Origin: an uncultured archaeon
GTDB lineage: Archaea > Aenigmatarchaeota > Aenigmatarchaeia > QMZP01 > JACQNV01
Direction: 5' to 3'
Assembly (NCBI GenBank): GCA_964410585.1
Contig: CAYPFW010000001.1
Coordinates: 128,001 to 192,000, forward strand
DNA: 64,000 nt
The notes below the pieces were generated by a model. The model saw nothing but the letters and a program-made list of their open reading frames with translations. It was not told the origin of the DNA and ran no database searches. The position numbers were made by a program, and so were the translations under genes. Position 1 is the first letter of the stretch. Every line of letters starts with the position of its first letter. Below, in pieces: positions 54,809 to 62,914 of this stretch.

Positions 54809-55503
54809 ATATTCAAAAACTCCAAAATCGCTCGCAAATCCTTTTGTCCCTCTGTCTGATTTACTGAATATGTACAAACTTCTTGAAGTTCTTTCCTTGC
54901 ATTGAATGCAATTGATGTCCCAACCTCTTTTGCTAAAAACCTGTCATTGACACCATCACCAATAAATGCGCACTGATCTCTTGAAAATTTGTAGTCCCTC
55001 ATCAAATGTTTCATAAACTCTGCTTTTCCTTCATAATCACACGGAAGCAGGTTCCAGTGAGAAAGTAGATCTGTTTGTTCATCAAAAAAATATTCACAAG
55101 CAGCAAAAGTATGATCAACTTTTAGGTCTATTATAGCCTTATTTGCTTGGTTTTTGAAACCACCAGTAATTATTGCAGTTATGCAACCCTTTTTTCGTAA
55201 TTCTTCAAAAATCTCTTTAACGCCTTTAATATATGGTACAGAATGAATTATTTCATAGAATTTTTTCATTGTTAACTTATATTTTTGATGACCATGTGCT
55301 GAGTACTGCATCCACTCTATATAGTTTTTAAATTTCCCAGAGTTCCACATATCCTTGCCTTTTTGTTCCTGTTTTGCAGCTTCCTCACCTAGAGAATTCC
55401 AAACAGCAGTCCATATGCTTGCTGTCGTGTTTTTTCCAAAATCTTTTATACCTGTCTCAAAAATTACACCCTCCATGTCAAAGAAAACAATTTTGGTCTT
55501 CAT
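54805..55503 (-). CDS. HAD phosphatase (SerB-like)
   Basis: FFDMEG, ITGG, K, IGDGVND. Confidence 0.85.
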   Translation of the reverse strand: MKTKIVFFDMEGVIFETGIKDFGKNTTASIWTAVWNSLGEEAAKQEQKGKDMWNSGKFKNYIEWMQYSAHGHQKYKLTMKKFYEIIHSVPYIKGVKEIFEELRKKGCITAIITGGFKNQANKAIIDLKVDHTFAACEYFFDEQTDLLSHWNLLPCDYEGKAEFMKHLMRDYKFSRDQCAFIGDGVNDRFLAKEVGTSIAFNARKELQEVCTYSVNQTEGQKDLRAILEFLNI

Positions 55504-55535
55504 AGGATTTATATAGGATCATACAATAAATAAAT

Positions 55536-56069
55536 ATGGCCGATGAAAAATCAAAGAAAGAATACGAAACGATGAAAATTAAAAGAAGCGGTTTGGAAAA
55601 AGTGAGAGACGTTTTTGCTGTAATAAGGGATTTTCTTTTGATACTTGTTTTACTTGGTCTAATTGTTGCCATTTTGATTGGCATATCCCTGCTTATGAAT
55701 GCCGGCCAAATATTGAATTCAATACAGTCTGGTGGTCTAGGATCGCTTTTAGGTGGAACTGGTCCTCTAGCAGCTCTTGGTGGTTTAACAGGTGGTAATT
55801 TAGAAAACATGATGAGTAGATCTCAACCAAAAACAGTTACAGGGGACTCAACAATTTGTAGACTTTTATCTGAAGCACAATCTGCTTTTTTGAGTGGTGA
55901 TACGCAAACATCGGGTCAAAAACTAATTCAACTAAAAAGTTCTTTTAATAAAAAGGGTTTAACACAACAAGCAGAGTTAACAGACGAATTAATACAAGCT
56001 GTAAATTCAAATGATTTTAATCAGATTGCTTCTCTTTATACTCAGCTTGAAAATTCTGTTCAGTGTTGA
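55536..56069 (+). CDS. Single-pass membrane protein with Gly-rich linker
   Basis: One hydrophobic segment followed by GGLGSLLGG repeats. Confidence 0.7.
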   Translation: MADEKSKKEYETMKIKRSGLEKVRDVFAVIRDFLLILVLLGLIVAILIGISLLMNAGQILNSIQSGGLGSLLGGTGPLAALGGLTGGNLENMMSRSQPKTVTGDSTICRLLSEAQSAFLSGDTQTSGQKLIQLKSSFNKKGLTQQAELTDELIQAVNSNDFNQIASLYTQLENSVQC

Positions 56070-56130
56070 TAGAAAGATTTAAAAGCTGATACAGTGATTA
56101 AATTTTTATACTTATTCTTCTGTATAATCT

Positions 56131-56550
56131 ATGAAACTAGAAACCAGAAGCTATATCGGGAGATGTATAGAAGGTTTATCAGCTGCTTATAGAACAACTA
56201 GGCACCTTATTTCTGGTAGTGGACATGAGCCAGAACCTGATAAAAGAAGCCTTTACGGTTCTATTTTTAATGATGTAAGAACAGCACTGATCGAATGTAG
56301 TCAAAGAGTAGATTTGTGGCCTGAAGATCTTAATCCAGAACACGATATAGACTGGGTCTTTAGTGGAATAAGAGAAAACAAAGAGGTTTTTATTTTAGCA
56401 TTGCAACATGGAATTATACCTCACTATGTAGATTCACAGAGGTTGCAATTATCACTATGTCATTTAGATTCTCTAAAAACAGTAAAAGATTATGCCGATT
56501 TCGTTTATAGGCTTGCACAAGAACCAGCTGATAAAACAGAAATTTTATAG
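56131..56550 (+). CDS. Acyl-carrier-protein-like fold lacking the phosphopantetheine Ser
   Basis: SIFNDVRTAL...EDLNPE...FILALQ...LKTVKDYADFV mirrors ACP helices I, II and IV. Confidence 0.5.
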   Translation: MKLETRSYIGRCIEGLSAAYRTTRHLISGSGHEPEPDKRSLYGSIFNDVRTALIECSQRVDLWPEDLNPEHDIDWVFSGIRENKEVFILALQHGIIPHYVDSQRLQLSLCHLDSLKTVKDYADFVYRLAQEPADKTEIL

Positions 56551-56551
56551 T

Positions 56552-57529
56552 TTACCACTTTACTTCAACATCATCTGTTCTCCAAGTTGGATTGATATCA
56601 TCTTTTTCTAAGAAAATTCCCTGTTTTGATTTGTGCGCTAGAACACCGAGCCAAGCAATCATTGCACCATTGTCCATTGCATAAACATGTGGAACTGAAT
56701 AAAATTTGGCTCCCCTTTCCTCACACATCTTATACAACATTTCTTGTAATCGTTTGTTAGCGGCTACACCGCCTGTTAACAAAACTTCTTCTTTTCCAGT
56801 ATGAGCTAAAGCTCTTTCTGTGACTTCGGTAAGCATTGAAAAACAAGTTTCCTGAAGCGAAAAGCAAGTATCTTCTAATTTTTCTCCGGACTTTAATTTC
56901 CTTAGAGCATCTGTGACAATTCCAGTGAAAGACAAATCCATTCCTTTTACAACATAGGGAAGATCTATATATTTTCCATTCAAAGCAAGTTTTTCGATTT
57001 CAGGTCCTCCTGGAAATGGCAAACCAACTTCCCGTGCGAATTTATCCAAAGCATTGCCTATACCAATATCTTCTGTTTCGCCAAATATCCTATATTTTCT
57101 ATCAACCAAAGAAGTGATTTGAGTATTTCCACCGGAAACATACAAAACAATTGGATCCTTTGCTCGTGTGGTTAGTTTGCCAATTTCAATATGAGCAACA
57201 GGATGATTGACGCCATACAACGGTTTTTGTGTTTTTTTAGCCAAAGCCAAGGAAAAATCTTTCCCAACATTTAGACATGGTGGAAGTCCAGGTCCTTCAG
57301 AAAAAGAAAAAAAATCTATATCTTCTATTTTTTTCTCAGCTTTTTCCAGCGCTGCATTTAGAATAGAGTGACAAAGAAGTTTGTGATGATTTGCTGCATC
57401 TATTGGTTTTATGCCCCAACCTTTCTCTGGTTTGTAGACATCTTTTATATTTGCAAGAACTTCTCCTTTATCTGAAACTATTCCTACGCCAAAGGTGTGT
57501 GCAGTTGATTCAATTCCTAAACAAAACAT
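56552..57529 (-). CDS. kae1: KEOPS t6A transferase Kae1
   Basis: GIESTAH, VNHPVAHIE, YVSGGNT, GGVAAN, DNGAMIA. Confidence 0.97.
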   Translation of the reverse strand: MFCLGIESTAHTFGVGIVSDKGEVLANIKDVYKPEKGWGIKPIDAANHHKLLCHSILNAALEKAEKKIEDIDFFSFSEGPGLPPCLNVGKDFSLALAKKTQKPLYGVNHPVAHIEIGKLTTRAKDPIVLYVSGGNTQITSLVDRKYRIFGETEDIGIGNALDKFAREVGLPFPGGPEIEKLALNGKYIDLPYVVKGMDLSFTGIVTDALRKLKSGEKLEDTCFSLQETCFSMLTEVTERALAHTGKEEVLLTGGVAANKRLQEMLYKMCEERGAKFYSVPHVYAMDNGAMIAWLGVLAHKSKQGIFLEKDDINPTWRTDDVEVKW

Positions 57530-57532
57530 AAA

Positions 57533-57892
57533 TTAGGTTATACTCCTATCTTGATTTGTTATATTTGTTTCCGGTTTCTTTTCACTATATTTTTTGAATA
57601 TTCTCTCTTTGACTAAATTGAAAGCTTCTTCAACATCAACACCAAGTTGGTTTGCTAACCGACACAAACCAAACAACGTATCTCCTACTCCGTCCACAAA
57701 TATATCTTTGTTTTCAGAAATAAATCTTCTCATCTCATCTTCAGACTTGTACCTGAGATGTTGAGACATTGAAATAAGTTCTTCGTGCAAATGATCGAAC
57801 TTGTCTATGTTTGGAAAATCCTTCCATTCTCTTTCTTCTGCAAATTGTTTGACAAGATTCTGTGCTTCTTTCAGGGTTTTTATTTTTTCCAT
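57533..57892 (-). CDS. MazG-like all-alpha NTP pyrophosphatase
   Basis: F..ER.W, HEEL, GVGD.LF.L..LAN.LGVD. Confidence 0.8.
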   Translation of the reverse strand: MEKIKTLKEAQNLVKQFAEEREWKDFPNIDKFDHLHEELISMSQHLRYKSEDEMRRFISENKDIFVDGVGDTLFGLCRLANQLGVDVEEAFNLVKERIFKKYSEKKPETNITNQDRSIT

Positions 57893-57895
57893 ATA

Positions 57896-58210
57896 TCAAT
57901 AAACCTCTTCTTGTGTAGCTGGCAAATTGTCAATACAGCTCCTGTATTCTGGCTCTGAGTAGTCCCACTCACACTTGTTTTGGACACATCCACATGAAGT
58001 TTTTTGCAAACATGAATATTGTTCCTTCCACTCACATGTTGTCACAATATCAGAAGCTTTATTCTTGGAAACACAAATTTGATTTGAGCATCCAGCAGGT
58101 ATGCAATCGGAATTTGAAAGACACTCGTTTGTTTGGTTTTCTTGGCTCCGATTCTCTACACAACCGCTTAAGACAAGAATTCCTAGAATACCTAAAATCA
58201 ATAACTTCAT
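57896..58210 (-). CDS. Eight-cysteine-cluster lipoprotein
   Basis: Lipobox LSGC; C..NSDC..AGCS.QIC...TTCEW...C.....CGC....C.W. Confidence 0.85.
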   Translation of the reverse strand: MKLLILGILGILVLSGCVENRSQENQTNECLSNSDCIPAGCSNQICVSKNKASDIVTTCEWKEQYSCLQKTSCGCVQNKCEWDYSEPEYRSCIDNLPATQEEVY

Positions 58211-58261
58211 ACATATATTTATCAACAACAATTTTTATATCCGAATGATCAATGTAATAAT

Positions 58262-59083
58262 ATGGCCAAACAAAATCAAAACAGTTTTGGAATGGGAATA
58301 ATAGTCGGCGCTGTTGGAATTTTCATTCTTCTTGGCATCATGTACTCATCTTCTGGCTACTTTCTGAATTTACCATTTCTAAAACCAAACAAAGTTGCAG
58401 TGATAGACATTTTAGGCGAAATAGCTCCTGGGGGTGGAGGCTTGCTAACTGGCGGAATGAATTTAGACCAAATAGTTTCTGACTTGGAAACTGTTGAACA
58501 AGATCCTTTGTATGCAGGTGTTTTGATCAAAATAGATTCTCCGGGAGGCACAGTTGTTGGTAGCAGGTCAATTGTTGAGACAATAAAATCTATGACAAAG
58601 CCTTCTGTATGTTGGTTAGGCGATACAGCAGCTTCTGGCGCATATTGGATTGCATCTGCTTGTGATACAATTGTTGCAGACCCTTTGACAATAACTGGAT
58701 CTATAGGCGCAACAGCAAGCTATTTAGAGTACACAGGATTTTTTGAAAAATATGGCATAGGCTATCAGCAAATTGTTTCTGGAGAATTCAAGGACTCTGG
58801 TTCGCCATATAGAAACCTTACAACAACTGAGAGGGAAAAGCTTCAGTATATTGTTGACGAGTCCTTCAAGTATTTTTTGGAAGATGTAGCAGCAAACAGA
58901 GTTTTGACACCTGAGCAAATTGAAAAAGTGAGGACAGGTGACATATTTTTGGCAAAAGACGCAATTGAACTGGGCTTAGTGGATAAATTAGGCACCTTGA
59001 AAGATGCAAGGAACTTGTTCAAAAACATTTTGGGATCAGAACCTGTATTTGTTCCTCTTAGAAGTCAACAAAGTTTATTCTAA
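58262..59083 (+). CDS. sppA: Signal peptide peptidase SppA (S49)
   Basis: IDSPGG, AASGAYWIASA, TGSIG, SGEFKD, GLVD.LG. Confidence 0.95.
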   Translation: MAKQNQNSFGMGIIVGAVGIFILLGIMYSSSGYFLNLPFLKPNKVAVIDILGEIAPGGGGLLTGGMNLDQIVSDLETVEQDPLYAGVLIKIDSPGGTVVGSRSIVETIKSMTKPSVCWLGDTAASGAYWIASACDTIVADPLTITGSIGATASYLEYTGFFEKYGIGYQQIVSGEFKDSGSPYRNLTTTEREKLQYIVDESFKYFLEDVAANRVLTPEQIEKVRTGDIFLAKDAIELGLVDKLGTLKDARNLFKNILGSEPVFVPLRSQQSLF

Positions 59084-59107
59084 AATTTATAGAAATCGCA
59101 TCAGAAA

Positions 59108-59347
59108 TTAAGCCTTCTTAAATTCAGTATATCCACACTTCCCACAATAGTTTCTGTTTTTGTGCTGGGAAATCCATGTACCTGGACCACATCTTGGACA
59201 ATTAACCTTTTTTCTAGTAAGATTGTTATCTTTCACTTGGTAAGCTGAACTGGCCTTTAAAGATGAGTGTTTCTTACCTTTCCTCTTCTGCTTTGTTCTT
59301 TTCCTTACTTTTCGTCCCTTCTTCGGTGCTGCTGCTTCTTCTGGCAT
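59108..59347 (-). CDS. rps27ae: 30S ribosomal protein S27ae
   Basis: CPRCGPG...H.NR.YCGKCGYTEF. Confidence 0.95.
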   Translation of the reverse strand: MPEEAAAPKKGRKVRKRTKQKRKGKKHSSLKASSAYQVKDNNLTRKKVNCPRCGPGTWISQHKNRNYCGKCGYTEFKKA

Positions 59348-59436
59348 ATAAGCTTTTATCCTAAAAGCTTAAGCAAAACAGGAGCCTATTTTTTGCTTCA
59401 CTGTTGTTCGCAAAAAATTACGGCTTCCACGCTTAA
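59348..59436 (-). ncRNA. Family B structured leader, copy B3
   Basis: Sense GTGGAAGCCG...GCGAACAACAGTGAAGC...AGGCTCCTGTTTTG, then TAAGCTTTTAGGATAAAAGCTTAT-ATG. Confidence 0.65.
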
Positions 59437-59504
59437 ACTATAGAACTCCTAATCACCTCAAATATTAATCTAAATATAGTATTAGCATAGTTTAAATATG
59501 TAAT

Positions 59505-59550
59505 GTTTTCTTTTGGGTTATAAGGCTTTTCTTTTTCAAAAGAAAAGGGT
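59505..59550 (+). repeat. Family A repeat, copy A8
   Basis: GTTTTCTTTTGGGTTATAAGGCTTTTCTTTTTCAAAAGAAAAGGGT. Confidence 0.8.
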
Positions 59551-59582
59551 ATAATTTAAATATGTTACAGAAAGTAATAATC

Positions 59583-60044
59583 ATGAGCAAAAAGCTTTTG
59601 ATCGGCTTAGCTTCTATTTTGGCTATTACCATAGTTCTAATTTTATCTATTCCTTTTTTGACTCCAAAATTTGAAAAAAACACAATTTCTTTTGTAGAAG
59701 CTAAGAAAACCTTCCAAGTAGAAATAGCAGATACAGCTGCAAAAAGGACATTGGGTTTAATGAATAGAGAAAACCTTCCAGAAGACCAGGGCATGCTTTT
59801 TATTTTCGAAGATGAATCTGAGAAATCGTTTTGGATGAAAAACACGTTAATACCCCTTGATATGATTTTTGTAGATTCTAATCTGAAAATTGTCAAAATC
59901 CAAAAAAATGCGCAGCCATGCAAAACAATAACATGCACAACATATCCGTCAGAAAGGCCTGCAAAATATGTTGTTGAGATAGGCGGTGGTTTGTCTGAAA
60001 AGCTTGGAATAGAAGAAGGGCAAACAATAAAAATTAATTTATAA
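59583..60044 (+). CDS. DUF192-family membrane-anchored protein
   Basis: VEIADT..R..GLM.R, GMLFIF, FWMKNT.IPLD.IF. Confidence 0.93.
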   Translation: MSKKLLIGLASILAITIVLILSIPFLTPKFEKNTISFVEAKKTFQVEIADTAAKRTLGLMNRENLPEDQGMLFIFEDESEKSFWMKNTLIPLDMIFVDSNLKIVKIQKNAQPCKTITCTTYPSERPAKYVVEIGGGLSEKLGIEEGQTIKINL

Positions 60045-60605
60045 CTATTTTGAAGATTGTTTTTTGGATTCGCTTATCTTTCTTTCAATATCGGGATTTC
60101 TTTTGGGCCTTTTATAAAATCTTTCCCTAAGCTTCCTTATTTTTTCTATAATCTCATCCTCAATCCCTTTATCAGTTCCTCTCAATATGGAAACAGCACG
60201 CTCTGTCTCATTGAGATATTGAAGTTTTCGATAATTGCTCCACCCATTCATACCTTGAATATTATCGAGCTTGTCATATAGTCGTATTAGTCTAGCTTCA
60301 TGAGAGCCTTCCCTCAATCTATACGCATTATCTATATCAGATTCATCCCTATCTTTGGTTAATTCAGCAACCACATCTGCAACTCTTGATCCAAATCTTC
60401 TTCTAACACTTTGTAAACTTTTCCCAGTATCCTCAACAACGTCATGTAGAACCGCAGCCGTCGCTATATATGGATTCACTTTACGAGTTCTCAGTTTCCA
60501 GGCAATTCTTGCAGGATGTAAAATGAATGCCTCTCCACCATCTCTGTATTGTCCTCTATGAGCTTTAGCTGCGTAAGCTATAGCATCTGGATACGAATTT
60601 TTCAT
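60045..60605 (-). CDS. HD-domain small alarmone hydrolase-like (MESH1/SpoT HD) protein
   Basis: AH.GQ.R...F..HP, LHDVVED, FG..VA..V..LT, DKLDN. Confidence 0.88.
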   Translation of the reverse strand: MKNSYPDAIAYAAKAHRGQYRDGGEAFILHPARIAWKLRTRKVNPYIATAAVLHDVVEDTGKSLQSVRRRFGSRVADVVAELTKDRDESDIDNAYRLREGSHEARLIRLYDKLDNIQGMNGWSNYRKLQYLNETERAVSILRGTDKGIEDEIIEKIRKLRERFYKRPKRNPDIERKISESKKQSSK

Positions 60606-60658
60606 CCAAATAAATACACAAAAGCACTTAAATATTTACAGGCAACCCACAAGTTCAG

Positions 60659-61351
60659 ATGAGAATTATGACAATCAAAATTTGGATAGAGAGTCCATAC
60701 AAAAATTATATAAGAAAAAAAATTGCTGATAAAGAAATTTCACTTTCTAGGAATAGTCCGGATTTTATAATCACTTATGGTGGAGATGGAACAATTCTTA
60801 GGTCGGAAAGCAAATACCCAGGAGTTCCCAAAATACCTATACGGAAAAGCCATGTGTGCAATTCATGTGTTGGTGGAATAGATGTTATTGGAAAAATAAA
60901 ACAAAAACTTTTAGAGAAAAAATACACAGTAAAAAAATTTGAAAAGGTTGAGGTATTTTTAGGAAAGAAAAAACTTGTTGGATTAAACGAAGTGCAAATA
61001 CATAGCGGAGACCCAAGAAAAGCACTTCGCTTTTCTTTGGAAGTTGGAAAACAAAAATTCAAAGAAATAATAGGAGATGGCCTAGTTTTCTCAACTGCAT
61101 ATGGATCTACAGCCTACTACTCTGCTTTGGGATACAAGCCTTTCAAATCTGGTGTAAAAATAGGATTTAATAATCCACACAATATTCCAAGGCAATCAAT
61201 TCAATTAAAAGGAATAACCAAAATTAAAATCCTCAGAGGATCAGGAATCCTCCTCGCCGATAACCAAAACAATATTCTAAAAGTCAAGGAAGGTCAAGCA
61301 TTTATAGTTAGAAAATCAAAAGGAGAAGCCCATTTTGTTGTTTTTAAATAA
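60659..61351 (+). CDS. nadK: NAD kinase
   Basis: GGDGT, LNE, GDG, T..GSTAY. Confidence 0.88.
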   Translation: MRIMTIKIWIESPYKNYIRKKIADKEISLSRNSPDFIITYGGDGTILRSESKYPGVPKIPIRKSHVCNSCVGGIDVIGKIKQKLLEKKYTVKKFEKVEVFLGKKKLVGLNEVQIHSGDPRKALRFSLEVGKQKFKEIIGDGLVFSTAYGSTAYYSALGYKPFKSGVKIGFNNPHNIPRQSIQLKGITKIKILRGSGILLADNQNNILKVKEGQAFIVRKSKGEAHFVVFK

Positions 61352-61383
61352 TCAATTAAATAGGAGCATACACAATATATAAT

Positions 61384-62172
61384 ATGCCAAAATTATCCTT
61401 AGATGCTGAAATTGAAAATCTTCTAAAAGAAAAGGTAAATGGACAAAAAAAACTTGAACAAATTTTGGATCTTCTTTTACAAAACAGACATATACGGGGC
61501 CTTCAAGATGAGGCAAATAAAGTTGCTATAGTTAGGATGGGATATAATGATCATGGACCTGTTCATGGAAGAATTGCAGCATACAATGCTTTGAGGATAT
61601 ATGATTTACTTGAAATGAAAGGATCTGTACTAGAAGAAAAAATAGGAGACGAAGAAGATTCTAAGGTCTGTATTTTAATGGGTGCTTTTTTGCATGATAC
61701 AGGTATATCTTTAGCAAGGGATCAACACGAATTATACGGCACAATAGTTACAAGGCAAGCCGTTGAACAAATTCTTAGTACAGTTTACCACGATTCGTAT
61801 AAGGTTGCAAGAATGGCTTCGCTTGTATCTGAATCTATACTCTGTCACATGGGAACACATCAAGCAACATCTCTAGAGGCTAAAATTGTTGAAATAGCAG
61901 ATGGAACAGATGTTACTAAAGGAAGGGCGCGCATACCCTTTCATATAGGTCAAGGAGATATACACAAATTTTCTGCATTAGCCATTGAAAATGTCAAAAT
62001 TGAAAAAGGTACAAAAAAACCACTTAGATTTGAAATTGAAATGGATAATCCAGCCGGTATTTTCCAAGCAGAAGAAATAATGGCCAAAAAAACAAAAGAC
62101 GCAATGATGGACAAATATGTTGAAATTGTTGCATACATAAAAGGCCAGAGAAAGCCTATTGTGATTTTGTAA
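61384..62172 (+). CDS. HD-domain phosphohydrolase
   Basis: GYNDHG.VH, FLHDTG, H, ADGTD..KGRAR. Confidence 0.88.
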   Translation: MPKLSLDAEIENLLKEKVNGQKKLEQILDLLLQNRHIRGLQDEANKVAIVRMGYNDHGPVHGRIAAYNALRIYDLLEMKGSVLEEKIGDEEDSKVCILMGAFLHDTGISLARDQHELYGTIVTRQAVEQILSTVYHDSYKVARMASLVSESILCHMGTHQATSLEAKIVEIADGTDVTKGRARIPFHIGQGDIHKFSALAIENVKIEKGTKKPLRFEIEMDNPAGIFQAEEIMAKKTKDAMMDKYVEIVAYIKGQRKPIVIL

Positions 62173-62181
62173 ATCAGTTGT

Positions 62182-62592
62182 ATGTTATACTATTTAGACA
62201 CTTCTATTTGGCTCGATTTTTTTGAAAACAGAAATGAACCGGAATTTCCAAAAGGTGAGTGGGCTCATGCACTCTTAAAGAAAATAATTGAAGATGAAAA
62301 CACAATAATCGTTTCAAATCAAGTTTTGCTAGAACTTGGTGCTATAGGATACAATTCATGGGAAATAGAATTTATGTTCAAATCACTGAAACCGTTTCTT
62401 ATTTTTGTTGAGGCAACCAAAAACCAAATAGGAAAAGCAAATGACCTTTCCAAGAAAAGAAATATTCCAAAAGGTGATGCTTTGCATGCACTTATTTCAA
62501 AAGATAATCGAGCCATTTTAGTTACATTTGATAAACATTTCCAAGAAATAAAGGATATTATTCAGCCAAAAAGGCCTCAGGATCTTATATAG
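62182..62592 (+). CDS. PIN-domain (VapC-like) ribonuclease
   Basis: YLDTSIW, E, DALHA, VTFDKHF. Confidence 0.9.
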   Translation: MLYYLDTSIWLDFFENRNEPEFPKGEWAHALLKKIIEDENTIIVSNQVLLELGAIGYNSWEIEFMFKSLKPFLIFVEATKNQIGKANDLSKKRNIPKGDALHALISKDNRAILVTFDKHFQEIKDIIQPKRPQDLI

Positions 62593-62836
62593 ACTTATCT
62601 AGCAAATCAAATATTTTTTCTCTTGCTTTATGTAAATCGTCTTCGGATGTTTTTTTCTTTGAAGAGCCTTTAAGATTTGAAAGCTGTTTAAGTATTTCTG
62701 TTTTTTCTAGGTCAGAGAGTTTTTCCCTTATTGCATCTCTAATAAACTCTGTTCTAGTTGAGTATCTATTATACGCCAATTTTTGGTCTATTTCTTTTAG
62801 AAGCTCATCTTCGAGTTTTAAGCTTATCATTTCCAT
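62585..62836 (-). CDS. Ribbon-helix-helix (CopG-like) regulator or antitoxin
   Basis: ISLKL...LL.EID......Y.TRTEFIR.AIR. Confidence 0.88.
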   Translation of the reverse strand: MEMISLKLEDELLKEIDQKLAYNRYSTRTEFIRDAIREKLSDLEKTEILKQLSNLKGSSKKKTSEDDLHKAREKIFDLLDKSI

Positions 62837-62837
62837 A

Positions 62838-62863
62838 ATATACTATGTATATACAAAGTATAT
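62838..62863. promoter_or_regulatory. Palindromic operator upstream of the RHH gene
   Basis: ATATACTATGTATATACAAAGTATAT is a 26-bp palindrome with one mismatched pair. Confidence 0.6.
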
Positions 62864-62914
62864 AAAGATTTTCTACTGTCTTAAGCATTTGAATGGCTAA
62901 ATGTATAATAGTCT

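Noticed and set aside
7009-59550. Family A or B repeats as a CRISPR array
   Set aside because: Copies are dispersed, variable and without regular spacers, and no cas genes are present.
7009-59550. Family A as simple intrinsic terminators
   Set aside because: Copies occur in 5' leaders, between divergent genes and inside a tRNA intron, in both orientations; termination may apply only to A7.
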